A DNA stretch of 64,000 nt from a virus: IMG/VR virus record IMGVR_UViG_3300027887_000560; one strand, 5' to 3'. The stretch's first letter is position 1; each line of letters opens with the position of its first letter. Below are positions 26,633 to 36,467 of this stretch, in pieces. Under the pieces are notes generated by a model. The model was not told the DNA's origin and did not search any database. It saw only the letters and a program-made list of their open reading frames with translations. A program made the translations under genes and the position numbers.

Positions 26633-26989
26633 ATGAACCGGAAACTGTATGTGACGAACATTCCATGGAGTGTCACCAACGATGATTTGAAGGCTTGGCT
26701 TGTTGATCGCGGTTTCGTGGTTGACGAGGTCAAGATCATCTTGAGCAAGGAAGACGGGCGTTCGCGGGGGTTCGGGTTCGTGACGTTTCGGACCGATGCG
26801 GACCTGGATCGCGCGCTCACGGAGCTGGAAGGTGCCCTGTATCTCAAGCGACCCTTGCATGTGGCCGAGGCCATGCAAAAACGCGGAGGGGGGCACAAAC
26901 GATCTCCCGAGCGATCGTTCGATGAACCGCACGACGCTCCTCGCAGGGGACATCGTGGCCGGGAGCGTGGCGACTACGACAGGGATTGA
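26633..26989 (+). CDS. RRM (RNA recognition motif) RNA-binding protein with Arg/Gly-rich tail
   Basis: RNP-2 LYVTNI and RNP-1 RGFGFVTF at the canonical spacing; C-terminal RGHRGRERGDYDRD. Confidence 0.75.
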   Translation: MNRKLYVTNIPWSVTNDDLKAWLVDRGFVVDEVKIILSKEDGRSRGFGFVTFRTDADLDRALTELEGALYLKRPLHVAEAMQKRGGGHKRSPERSFDEPHDAPRRGHRGRERGDYDRD

Positions 26990-26992
26990 TGC

Positions 26993-28036
26993 ATGTTCCC
27001 AGCCATTCACAAGGGTATTTGCCTGTTCTGCGGTAAGCTGGACAAGGTGGTTCGGCTCGCCAATACACCGGGAATGGCGCAGGCTTTGACCACGGCCATC
27101 GCTTCCAAGCTGGCTCCAGCCGATGGCATTTGCAATGATTGCTCCTATTCGTTGCGCAACGTCTGGATGACGGAGCGCAATGAGCTGATCCGAGCGTCGT
27201 CTCCCCGGATCGTGCTGACCTATCTGTTGGTGCCGAGCATGCTCGTCGAGCACAGCGATGTGGACATCGCCGCCTACGAGTTCTTGACCGATAGCACGGG
27301 CAATGTGCCCAACATCGATTTCTATGATGACGAGCGCAAGATCTCCAAGATCCTTCCCTGGCTGGAGAAGACCTATGGAATCGTGACCTGGCCGGTGAAG
27401 ATCAAGCGTTGCTATCTCGGTTTCAATCCCATGGGGCTCTTCTCGGAGGTTTTGCTGGTCAGGGCGTGGGGAAAGTCCTACAAGCATGTGGTCGAGACGC
27501 AACAGGTAGGCTTTCTGCGCTTGCTCAATCAGGTGGCGCCGGAGGCGGGATTCTACCTGGGGGTCAAGAGCGCCTTCGAGGCGTTGCTGTGGCGGCGGGA
27601 GGCCGTACCAGCGGGGAACGAGCTGTGCGTTGTGATGCGTGAAGCGGCGATGCGCTACATCGCGTACAAGAGCCAGCAGGAAAAAGTCCCCGATGCCACG
27701 TCTCTGGATCTCTGCTACGGGCTCATGTCGCCGCTGGAGAAGGAGATCGCTCGCGACGTGCTGATCGACATGGCCAAGGCTACGGTCACGACGGTTGTGC
27801 CCAGCCATGAGGTGATCAGGCCGGAAGCTGCGCGTGAGGAGGCCGCGAGGGTGGCGGCTGCCGCGCGATCGATCAACTTCGACGACGATGTTCCCGGTGA
27901 TGCCGATGAAGATGCCGGAGAGTTCGAGCCGGGGGACGAGGCCGAGGATGACAATCGTCCTGCCGTGACTGTCGATGCTCGTAGCGTCGCGCCCGGTTTC
28001 GCGCGCAAGCCGCGTTCTCCGCTTGTTCGTCCCTGA
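26993..28036 (+). CDS. hypothetical protein (347 aa) with N-terminal CxxC pairs and acidic C-terminus
   Basis: CLFCGK...CNDC; no other motif. Confidence 0.4.
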   Translation: MFPAIHKGICLFCGKLDKVVRLANTPGMAQALTTAIASKLAPADGICNDCSYSLRNVWMTERNELIRASSPRIVLTYLLVPSMLVEHSDVDIAAYEFLTDSTGNVPNIDFYDDERKISKILPWLEKTYGIVTWPVKIKRCYLGFNPMGLFSEVLLVRAWGKSYKHVVETQQVGFLRLLNQVAPEAGFYLGVKSAFEALLWRREAVPAGNELCVVMREAAMRYIAYKSQQEKVPDATSLDLCYGLMSPLEKEIARDVLIDMAKATVTTVVPSHEVIRPEAAREEAARVAAAARSINFDDDVPGDADEDAGEFEPGDEAEDDNRPAVTVDARSVAPGFARKPRSPLVRP

Positions 28037-28053
28037 TCTGTTCGGAGGTTCCC

Positions 28054-29322
28054 ATGGCCCTGCCTGTCGTACAAAACATGCCCTTGCCCGAGCTGGATGA
28101 TGCGGATCCCGTGCCAAGCGTCTCGTTGCATGTGCTGGCCAAGAATGCCGAAAGTGTCATCGGGCGGTTGATCGACAACATCGGTCCCTACGTCCAGGAG
28201 ATGAGGTTCATCCTGAACGATACGACCGATCACTCTCGCCGGGTCGTGGAGCGGAAACTCGGGGAGTGGCCGAGGCCGATGTCGTTCGACATTCAGGAGA
28301 TCACGGCGGAGAACCATCCCGAGCTGTACTTTCTCGATGAGGTTTCATCGTATCGTGTGGGCAAGTCGCTTTCCGACGAACAGTTCGAGGGGCCGTGTAC
28401 CGGTAAACCGTTGCTCTGCGACTGGGCGGCGATCCGGAACCTCGGCTGGGAATCGAGCTGTGACTGGCGACTGTTTCTCGATGTCGATGATGTCGTCGAG
28501 GATCCTCGCCGACTGCCGGCGCTGGTGACGATGCTCGACCGGCAACGCGTGGATCTGGCGGCGACGCGCTACGTGTTCGGGCGCAACGATGCTGGCGTGG
28601 CCAACTCGGTCTCGTACCGGGAGCGGCTGGCCAAGAACCTACCGGCCATACGCTGGGAAGGCAGCACGCACGAGATCTTGGTCGGTGGTCTGCGTCGAGT
28701 GCTCATCGAGGATTGCTTCCAGGTCGTGGATCTCAAGGATAACTGGGGCAAGGGAACCCGCGTGCCAGGGCGCTGCTTCAAGGTTCTCTATCGCGAGGCG
28801 AGGATGGCCGGCTGGGATACGGTCACGCCTCGCCATCTGGCGTATCTCGTGCAAGAGAGCCCTAAGATGATGCCCTTGGTATGGGTTACCGGTGTTCTTT
28901 TGCCGTTCTATCTAGCTCGCTGTGTGCATGGTGAAGAAGCGGCCTGGGTATTGTCGATGGTTGCCGAGATGCACGAGCAAGCTGGTGAGTTGCTGAAAGC
29001 CGAGAAGTTGCTTGTCGATGCGTTGAAGCATTACATGGCTTCCAAGGCAGCGTTCCGCCTATGTCGAGTGCGGTTCCTTCTCAATGACTGGCAGGGGTGT
29101 ATCGAGGCTTACAAGATGGGTTTGCTTTATCAGTCGTCGGCGCAGGTGTTGGACATGGGGCCGGTCTATGTGCATTCGAGCAAGCTCCTGGTGGCCCAGT
29201 CGTACTTCGAGCTGGGTGACATGGCCATGGCCAGGGAGACGATCGATGAGGCCGTGACGGCTCTGGGCGATACGGCCACGCCCATCGTCCGGGAGTTGCA
29301 GGCAGCCATTCATTCGGGGTGA
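28054..29322 (+). CDS. family-2-like glycosyltransferase with C-terminal TPR-like helical domain
   Basis: SVSLHVLAKNAESVIGRLIDNI N-terminal pattern, DWAAIRN and DxD (LFLDVDDVVED); paralog of 34709..35818. Confidence 0.5.
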   Translation: MALPVVQNMPLPELDDADPVPSVSLHVLAKNAESVIGRLIDNIGPYVQEMRFILNDTTDHSRRVVERKLGEWPRPMSFDIQEITAENHPELYFLDEVSSYRVGKSLSDEQFEGPCTGKPLLCDWAAIRNLGWESSCDWRLFLDVDDVVEDPRRLPALVTMLDRQRVDLAATRYVFGRNDAGVANSVSYRERLAKNLPAIRWEGSTHEILVGGLRRVLIEDCFQVVDLKDNWGKGTRVPGRCFKVLYREARMAGWDTVTPRHLAYLVQESPKMMPLVWVTGVLLPFYLARCVHGEEAAWVLSMVAEMHEQAGELLKAEKLLVDALKHYMASKAAFRLCRVRFLLNDWQGCIEAYKMGLLYQSSAQVLDMGPVYVHSSKLLVAQSYFELGDMAMARETIDEAVTALGDTATPIVRELQAAIHSG

Positions 29323-29897
29323 ATGTGTCCAGGGATCCGCAGATCTTGACCAAGCGACAGAACTACCGGCTATGGCAGTCGGGGGAGTTTGGTAACAAGC
29401 TGCGGGCGTGGCCTTCGGTCGATGCGTGGCGCGCAAGTGGTTTCACCGGTCGGGTGGTGTTGCGCGCCCTGTTGCCCGTCGGTGGCGGACCATGTCGCTA
29501 CAACCTGGAGCCCGACGAGGTCGAGCGCACAGTTGGTTACTGGCTCGCGGACGGCATGCATCGGGATGCCATCATGGTCAACGAGGCCGCCCCCGATCAG
29601 GCGGCCATCTTGCAGGGCGAGTATCTCAACGGCATCGTTGGCGCCTACTGGAATTGCTTGCACTACAGTCGGGTAGCCGCGCACATGCGCATCGCGCTTG
29701 GTGCCGAGATGCTGTTCGCCAACGGCATGATGTCCGATCTGCTGTTGCGTGAGGCCATGACACCATCGTCCTACGAGGACTGGCGGTTGCTCCTGGAGCG
29801 GTATCCAGGACATGTGCTGGAGGTTTCCATCTACAATCGTTGTGTCGGGGATATTCCCGGTCGCAACGCGCTCGTCTGGGAGGTTCGACGGTACTAG
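29319..29897 (+). CDS. hypothetical protein (192 aa)
   Basis: ORF. Confidence 0.35.
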   Translation: MNVSRDPQILTKRQNYRLWQSGEFGNKLRAWPSVDAWRASGFTGRVVLRALLPVGGGPCRYNLEPDEVERTVGYWLADGMHRDAIMVNEAAPDQAAILQGEYLNGIVGAYWNCLHYSRVAAHMRIALGAEMLFANGMMSDLLLREAMTPSSYEDWRLLLERYPGHVLEVSIYNRCVGDIPGRNALVWEVRRY

Positions 29898-29935
29898 CTT
29901 TCATATCTGGGTCACCGGGAGACAAGGAGAACAGG

Positions 29936-30892
29936 ATGGCAAGACACATCGTACAGGCTGCGGAAGAGTTGCTCGACAAGCGGTTCCCCGTTCTCGATCA
30001 CGGGTTCGTGATCTTGGTCGATTACATGGGCAGTGATGCCGCCATCGCGGAGGCCGCGCGCCAGTCGCTCGCGGGCGAGAACACGCGCAAGGTGTCCGAC
30101 GATCGCGCTCTCATCCGTTACCTCATGAGCCATTTGCACACGAGTCCGCTGGAGATGGTGGAGTTCAAGTTTCACTGCGCCATGCCGATTTTCGTGGCCC
30201 GTCAGTGGATTCGCCACCGCACGGCCAACGTCAACGAGCAGTCGGGACGTTATGGCGAGATGCCCGAGCTGACCTACGTGCCCGAGGCCGAGCAGATCGC
30301 CTATCAGAGTCCCGTGAACAAGCAGGGGCGTGGCGGTCTGGCGACACCCGAGGTTGCCGCCGTTGTGCAAGGGATGTTGCGTGCGTCCAACGTTACGGCG
30401 TTCTCCGACTATCACGAGTTCCTGGGGCACTCCGGGGATGTCAGGCACATGTTGATGGACCATCCGGATGCGGCAAATGAGATTGCCCAGAACGGCGGCA
30501 TCTCGCGCGAGGTGGCTCGCATCAACCTGCCGCTCTCGACCTATACGCAATGGTACTGGAAGCTGGATCTGCACAACCTGCTGCACTTCCTCTTCTTGCG
30601 GCTCGACGAGCACGCGCAGTGGGAGATCCGTCAGTACGCCAAGGTCATGGCCGAGATGGTGCAGGCCGTCTGTCCCATGGCCTGGGAAGCGTTCGTGGAC
30701 TACCGGCAGAAGGCCATCCGGTTGTCGTTGCCCGAGATAGAAGCTCTCCATGTGCTCATCACGCAGTTTCATTTGGGCCAGCCGTCGTCGCTCGAAGGTC
30801 ACGAGACTCGTTTGAACAAGCGGGAGCTGGAGGAGCTTCGTACCAAGCTCGGACCGACGATGCTGGGTCTTGGTTTCCTGAACGGGTTCTGA
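29936..30892 (+). CDS. thyX: flavin-dependent thymidylate synthase ThyX
   Basis: ThyX signature RHR-x7-S-x-R: QWIRHRTANVNEQSGRY; length and flanking FKFHCAMPIFVARQ consistent. Confidence 0.85.
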   Translation: MARHIVQAAEELLDKRFPVLDHGFVILVDYMGSDAAIAEAARQSLAGENTRKVSDDRALIRYLMSHLHTSPLEMVEFKFHCAMPIFVARQWIRHRTANVNEQSGRYGEMPELTYVPEAEQIAYQSPVNKQGRGGLATPEVAAVVQGMLRASNVTAFSDYHEFLGHSGDVRHMLMDHPDAANEIAQNGGISREVARINLPLSTYTQWYWKLDLHNLLHFLFLRLDEHAQWEIRQYAKVMAEMVQAVCPMAWEAFVDYRQKAIRLSLPEIEALHVLITQFHLGQPSSLEGHETRLNKRELEELRTKLGPTMLGLGFLNGF

Positions 30893-31657
30893 ACGAGGTG
30901 AAGCGTGAGCAACGAGAGTGATGGTCGGACACCGCCAGAGGGATCTTCGATCGTGGCAGCCACGGCCGAGACCACCTTGCGGCGTCCCGCCACGCTCGAT
31001 GAAGCTTTCGAGTCGGCGAGCAAGGTGCTGCACGGGCTGTCGATGCACTATGCCACGGGGCTCGATGGTCCTGCGGTCAAGTTGCTGGAAGTCGAAACCA
31101 TTTTCCGCGAGCTGGAGTCGGACGTTCGGCGTCTGGTTCTGGCAGCGCAAGAGCAAGAACAATGAAGAAGGAGAAACCCATGCCCACCACCCCCGATGAC
31201 AAGATGGTTCACAGTGTAACCACCACCACGACACAGTTCACAAAGCAAGATGTGCTCGACATCATCGATCACCTGGTCGCGGGCGCCAGCAAGGTCGCAA
31301 TCGTGTTCGCGCAGATCGAAACGCAGCGGCGTTCGTCCGAAGATCTGCGGGAGGCCGCCAAGATGGCCGGCGGTGAGGGACACAACTAGCCGGGTTTGCA
31401 AGCCGACATGCGGAAGCGAAACGAGAAGATCGATCGATGCTGCCTGGATGAAGCATTCCAGGAGCGGGCGCTTCATGGACGGCAGTGCGATCTGATCGTC
31501 GTGGCTTCACTGTTCGCGACGGGCTGGGTCTTGCCGTCCGATCGGCGCCTGGTGGAAGCCTATGTCCTGCCGATACTGGATGCGCTCGACTTGGCCCAGG
31601 AAGCGTTCATCGACGAGATCATGGCATCGGTCGCGTTGTCGGAAGCGGAGCTGTGAC

Positions 31658-32158
31658 ATGTTGCCGTTCAACGATGCCGCCAGGCAGGCGTTCCTGGCCT
31701 TCTTCACCAAGCCGGCGATCTCCGAGCCGTTGTCGGCCGAGCTGGCGCAGATCCCCGAGATCTATCGTGAGTGTCTGGCAATCGAGGCGTTCTTCATCAC
31801 GCTGGGCGTGGAGCCGGACGATCTATCCCTGGGCGTGACGGCCAGAAATCCGGAAGACGGCGAGGGTAGCGATCTGATCATGGTGGCGAAGCTGGAGCCC
31901 CGTTCGATGGTGATACGGGTCGCGCCCCTGGTGAACGATTTCGATTTCGAGGTCATAAGGGCGGGCTGGACGAAGGCCACCGAGATCTGGAACCGGGCTT
32001 CGCGCGAGGACAAGAACCGGTTGGTCGTGCAGTCGGATTCCTTCGAGGATTTTCCAACCTTCCTGGAGGCCGCTGCTGACAGCAACATCGTGTTTCCGGC
32101 GATGATCGACTACCTGGTGAAATTGCGGAGTCTCCAGTATCGGGGAGCGCGCAACTAA
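31658..32158 (+). CDS. hypothetical protein (166 aa)
   Basis: Internal Met after upstream stop. Confidence 0.35.
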   Translation: MLPFNDAARQAFLAFFTKPAISEPLSAELAQIPEIYRECLAIEAFFITLGVEPDDLSLGVTARNPEDGEGSDLIMVAKLEPRSMVIRVAPLVNDFDFEVIRAGWTKATEIWNRASREDKNRLVVQSDSFEDFPTFLEAAADSNIVFPAMIDYLVKLRSLQYRGARN

Positions 32159-32167
32159 GGGGGCAAC

Positions 32168-33283
32168 ATGGCAAGAATCGTGTTCTGGCTTGGCTCGGCG
32201 TTCGAGTCCTGGGATCCGCGCACCGCGATCCAGAGAGACGGCATCGGTGGTTCGGAAACCGCCGCCATTCGCATGGCGCAAGAGCTGGCGGCGCTCGGGC
32301 ATGCTGTCGAGGTCTATGCGGACATTCCCGTGCAGGATGTGAGCCTGGGGGTTGCCTGGTTGCCGTATCGTCAGGTGTTGACGAGCTTGAGCGCGGGCAG
32401 AAAGATCGAGTGCGACCTGTTCGTGTCCTCGCGGGTTGCCGAGGCCCGGTACCGACTCGCGCCGAACTGTCGTCGAGCGTGGCTCTGGATGCACGATCTG
32501 CACTGCGGTCCCGACTGGGAAAACCTGATCGGCACCTCGTATGACCGGATCCTGTGCCTGTCGGAATGGGCGCGAAACAAGTTCTTGAACACCTATCCGG
32601 GTGTGGATGAGGCGCGTGTGGTCCTGAGTCGGAACGGTGTGGATCCGGTGCGGTTCCAGGAGCACGATGATCTGCGGCCAGGTGCGCAGCATGCTCGCTT
32701 GCTCGCCGGCCGGCAGCCGCTCACGGCGATCTACTCTTCGTCGCCCGATCGCGGTCTCGATCGGTTGCTGGATCTCTGGCCGCAGGTCAGTGCGCTCTGG
32801 CCTGGTTCGTTGCCGGCGGTCTTGAATGTCTACTACGGGTTCGACAACTGGAAGAAGCTGACCACTCGCCGCGACAACGGCTACATTGAGGAGCAGCGTA
32901 TCGCCGTGCTTGAAGCCAGGCTGGCCCGGACACCTGGAGTTGTTGTTCACGGGCGCGTCGGGCAGGTCGAGCTGGCGCGAGCGTTCCTGAATTCGCATCT
33001 GTGGCTCTATCCAACAGAGTTTCCCGAGATCTCCTGTATCACAGCCATGGAAGCCCAGATGGCGGGTTGCAAGATCGTGGCAACCAGGTTCGCGGCCTTG
33101 CCGGAGACGGCCCCGAGCGCCTGGTTCGTCGATCCACCGATCCGAACGTCCAAGTACGAGCAGGACTTCATCGCGGCCGTGCGCGAGGCGCTCGCCGACG
33201 ATACAGCCATTGTCGGCGGTGAGAACCTGTGGAGCTGGGCGCGAGTCGCCCGGCAGTGGGATGAATGGATTGCAATGGGTTGA
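32168..33283 (+). CDS. GT-B glycosyltransferase (GT4-like)
   Basis: C-terminal E-x7-E motif region EFPEISCITAMEAQMAGCKIVAT; N-terminal GIGGSETAA. Confidence 0.6.
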   Translation: MARIVFWLGSAFESWDPRTAIQRDGIGGSETAAIRMAQELAALGHAVEVYADIPVQDVSLGVAWLPYRQVLTSLSAGRKIECDLFVSSRVAEARYRLAPNCRRAWLWMHDLHCGPDWENLIGTSYDRILCLSEWARNKFLNTYPGVDEARVVLSRNGVDPVRFQEHDDLRPGAQHARLLAGRQPLTAIYSSSPDRGLDRLLDLWPQVSALWPGSLPAVLNVYYGFDNWKKLTTRRDNGYIEEQRIAVLEARLARTPGVVVHGRVGQVELARAFLNSHLWLYPTEFPEISCITAMEAQMAGCKIVATRFAALPETAPSAWFVDPPIRTSKYEQDFIAAVREALADDTAIVGGENLWSWARVARQWDEWIAMG

Positions 33284-33777
33284 TCCTGGAGGCAGGAATG
33301 GATGATTTGCGTTTGAGCGATATTCTGAGGCGAAACAGCATGACCGTCACGGCCAGTGCCGTTGCCATCGGCGATGGTGCCTGTGCCGGACCTGGTGAGA
33401 TCGCGCTGTCGGGGCAAGGCAAACAGATCGTCATCTCCAGGACGGGTGTCAGGTGTGCCAGGGGAGGTACCGGGCTCGAAGGTGTGGCGCTGGACAGTGC
33501 CCTGGTCTCGAACGGTGCGCTGATCATGGATCGACTTCGAGACGTGTTCGGTGATCTCGGTGACGCCTCGATCGAGACGCCTGACTGTTCCCTGGCGATC
33601 CGTCCCGACGGCACGGTGCTCATCAACGGCGAGGTGGTTGGTTGCGATCCCAAGATGCCGGGCCGGGCAGCGGGATTCCTGATGCGCATGCTGGGCACAT
33701 CCTTGCAAATACTGTCGGAACAGGTGTCCGGTTTGCACGAGTCCATGTTGCGCAGCAATCCAGGAAACCTGTCATGA
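33265..33777 (+). CDS. hypothetical protein (170 aa)
   Basis: ORF. Confidence 0.3.
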   Translation: MDCNGLILEAGMDDLRLSDILRRNSMTVTASAVAIGDGACAGPGEIALSGQGKQIVISRTGVRCARGGTGLEGVALDSALVSNGALIMDRLRDVFGDLGDASIETPDCSLAIRPDGTVLINGEVVGCDPKMPGRAAGFLMRMLGTSLQILSEQVSGLHESMLRSNPGNLS

Positions 33778-34037
33778 GTTCCCGTCGAACGCTTTCCTTC
33801 TATCTGTTCATGGTGATCTTTCTTGGTGGTTGCCTGAGCAACTTCTGGTTTCTTTGCTGGTGGCTGGCGCTCCTGTCCGACGTGGCTGCGTATGCCGTGG
33901 TTGGCGGGTTCATCAACTGGGTTGGGCAGTTTCATTGTCCCAGGATCGTGCTCTGGTGGTTGCCGATGCTGCTTTTGCCAAAGCTCGACTGGTTGGCGAT
34001 CTTGCGGCTCGGTGGCAAGAAGAAGGAAAAGTCGTGA
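33774..34037 (+). CDS. small membrane protein (87 aa, two TM)
   Basis: FYLFMVIFLGGCLSNFWFLCWWLALL ... WWLPMLLLPKL. Confidence 0.35.
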   Translation: MSSRRTLSFYLFMVIFLGGCLSNFWFLCWWLALLSDVAAYAVVGGFINWVGQFHCPRIVLWWLPMLLLPKLDWLAILRLGGKKKEKS

Positions 34038-34261
34038 AGTCCAGGTGTCCGAAAGGCAAGTCGCGATTCGTGTTCCTGTTGCTCTGGATCGTGCTCATCA
34101 TTTCAGCCGTTTGGCACTACAACGATTGGGTCGCCATCTGGAGCATGGTTGTGACGGGGTATCTGTGGACGGGTTTGTGCATGTGCGGTGTGTGTCGGGT
34201 GGCATCCTGGCGCCTGGTCGTCCTGTGGCTCTACTATCTGCTGGTCGTGCCGGAAAAATGA
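34034..34261 (+). CDS. small membrane protein (75 aa, GTG start)
   Basis: FVFLLLWIVLIISAVW ... VVLWLYYLLVV; GTG start overlapping the previous stop. Confidence 0.3.
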   Translation: MKSRCPKGKSRFVFLLLWIVLIISAVWHYNDWVAIWSMVVTGYLWTGLCMCGVCRVASWRLVVLWLYYLLVVPEK

Positions 34262-34708
34262 GATCATGCCAGGACAGGTGCGTGAGTATGGAGGTCTCAA
34301 ACTCGGGGAGGAGGTACGTGTGCTCGCGCGATCTCTAGCACCGGGGACGGGAAGCCCCTGGATGGTGGCCAAGGTCAGAAGGCTCGGTCCTGCCGGGTTT
34401 CTGGTACGGGGGCTCGCCACCTGTTTTTGCTGGGAAGACGAGAACGTGCGCTGGGTTCGCATCGAAAGGACGGGGCATGATCGAAGACGATGAACCGCTC
34501 GAACTTGTAGCTGTTTCCGGGTATGTCGAGCCGGTCTGCGGGAAGGATATGACCGTGAGCTGTGTGCCGGCGATCTGTCGGAGGGCGCCTGGTCATGATG
34601 GTGAGTGTTCGGTGCTCACCGAGGAGGATTGTCGGATGATCGATGGAGAGGCCAGGGAGATGCTCAAGCGGCTCTTCCCGGATGGTCTGGTTCCATCATG
34701 GTGAGTCC

Positions 34709-35818
34709 ATGCCGCGTCTAGCGCTGAACCTGCTCGTGCTCAACGGTGAGGCCGTGGTACGTCGCTGTCTGGCTTCCGTGGTCGGTGCCATCGATGAGCT
34801 GGTGGTGGTGGATTCCGGATCTTCGGATCGCACGCGGAAGGTTGTCGTCGAGCTGGCCGAATCCATGGCGCTCGACCGGTTTCGTTACGAACGGATGTCG
34901 CCCTTGTCGGACGATTTTTTCACGGATGAACCTGCATCCTATGGTTCCTATGTGCTTTCTGATTTCTCCGGTCGCAGGGTGCTCAAGGACTGGGCCAAGG
35001 CTCGCAACCTGGCGCTCGCCGAGACGAGCGCCGATTACGTTCTCAAGCTCGATGCCGACGACGAGCTGATCTCGCCTCCGGAGAATCTGCGCAAGGCTTG
35101 CGGGTATCTTGACACCTGTCCCGAGAAGCATTTCGTCTTCGCGCCTTATGAGATCTACGACGAGGGCAAGCCGGTTTTCTTGTCGATGCAGTCCCGGCTG
35201 TGGCGTCGGGGCGCGCACACCCGGTGGGTGCAACCCATGCACGAGTATCTGCGCGGCATGCTCGACGATCGGTGCTTGCACGTCGCTCAAGGGATCCGGA
35301 TCCGGGACTGGAAGGATTCTCCGGGGGAGGGTGTGCGCATCCAGCATCGCAACCTCAAGGTGATGCTCTGGCACCACGTCAACCAGCCACGAACCTGGCC
35401 AGGGCACGATGATGCCGTCTGGCTGTTCACCCTGGCAACCGAGGCCGTGGAAAACTTTCCGGCCTGGAGTCGCGAGCTGTTCGCGAGGCTCCTGGCGCGT
35501 TCCGATCATCCGAACCGGACGATGGCCGGAGACTGCTTCTTTCACATCGGCAGGGCGCTCGAAGCCGAGGGCGACCTGGACGGGGCGATGAAAGCGTATC
35601 TCGATGCCGACCTGGCGGGTGTGAGCGACAGGCATCTGCTGGCGCTCATGCGGGCCATTGCCCTGCATCGCCGGCTGGGCACACAGGAATCCGTGGCATG
35701 TCGAGGGCTCACGGAGAAGCTCTTGCAGGTTGCTGGTTGCATGCCTGACGACCCGTTGCCCTTCAATGTAGATCTGCAACCCATCATCGCATTGCGCGAG
35801 GGGTTCAAGAAAGAGTGA
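34709..35818 (+). CDS. family-2-like glycosyltransferase with C-terminal helical/TPR-like domain (paralog of 28054)
   Basis: LLVLNGEAVVRRCLASV...VVVDSGSSDRT, DWAKARN, DxD (LKLDADDELI). Confidence 0.5.
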   Translation: MPRLALNLLVLNGEAVVRRCLASVVGAIDELVVVDSGSSDRTRKVVVELAESMALDRFRYERMSPLSDDFFTDEPASYGSYVLSDFSGRRVLKDWAKARNLALAETSADYVLKLDADDELISPPENLRKACGYLDTCPEKHFVFAPYEIYDEGKPVFLSMQSRLWRRGAHTRWVQPMHEYLRGMLDDRCLHVAQGIRIRDWKDSPGEGVRIQHRNLKVMLWHHVNQPRTWPGHDDAVWLFTLATEAVENFPAWSRELFARLLARSDHPNRTMAGDCFFHIGRALEAEGDLDGAMKAYLDADLAGVSDRHLLALMRAIALHRRLGTQESVACRGLTEKLLQVAGCMPDDPLPFNVDLQPIIALREGFKKE

Positions 35819-36059
35819 TCGTGATGTCGAAGAGCAAGACATTGAAACGGCGAGCAGCGAGATGGCGACGTGCTGCTCTTGAGATCACCTGGCGCTATCG
35901 GCACGGTGTCAAGCTGACAAAGACCATGGAGAAGTTTTTCATGATTGCGTGCCAGTCTTTAGATCTCCTGGAGATTGGCGCCAGGCCCCAGCTCGTGAAC
36001 GACGTGGCGTCCTCGATGCTTTACAGCGATGCCGTGGCCCTGGAAATGGGTTTCCTGCA

Positions 36060-36464
36060 ATGAATGTGAGCTGGCAACATGTTGGAGCCGCGATCTGGTT
36101 TGTCGCAATCCTGGGTCTGGCGGCGACATGGCACTATCACCTGTATCAACAGTATCGGGAGCAGCGGCGCGTGAAGCAACAGGAGAGGCGCAGGGAGATG
36201 GAGGAAGTCTTTCATCGATCCTTGCACGAGGAGATCCCCGAATCTTTCTACCGGGCCATGGTCGCCGAGATCTTGCCCGAACCTTGCCAGGCACCACGAA
36301 CGGAGGAGATCCATGAGCCATCACAAGCGAAAGCGTCCGAAGCATCAGCGAGCCGGCTGCCTCATGTGCAAGCCACAGAAGGACGAGCGAGTCGCCAAGA
36401 GCCCGAAGAACCAGCAACCGAGCGTGCGACGCCGATTGCAGACGACGCGAACCGGGGAGGATGA
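36060..36464 (+). CDS. membrane-anchored hypothetical protein
   Basis: N-terminal TM segment AAIWFVAILGLAA, then a charged region. Confidence 0.35.
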   Translation: MNVSWQHVGAAIWFVAILGLAATWHYHLYQQYREQRRVKQQERRREMEEVFHRSLHEEIPESFYRAMVAEILPEPCQAPRTEEIHEPSQAKASEASASRLPHVQATEGRASRQEPEEPATERATPIADDANRGG

Positions 36465-36467
36465 CTC

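Noticed and set aside
26429-28117. 562-aa minus-strand ORF
   Set aside because: It lies antisense to the well-supported RRM gene and the 26993 gene; the translation is Arg/His/Gly/Pro-rich in the way high-GC antisense frames usually are.
31823-35842. 391-aa (31823-32998) and 374-aa (34718-35842) minus-strand ORFs
   Set aside because: Antisense to the GT4 and GT2-TPR genes respectively.
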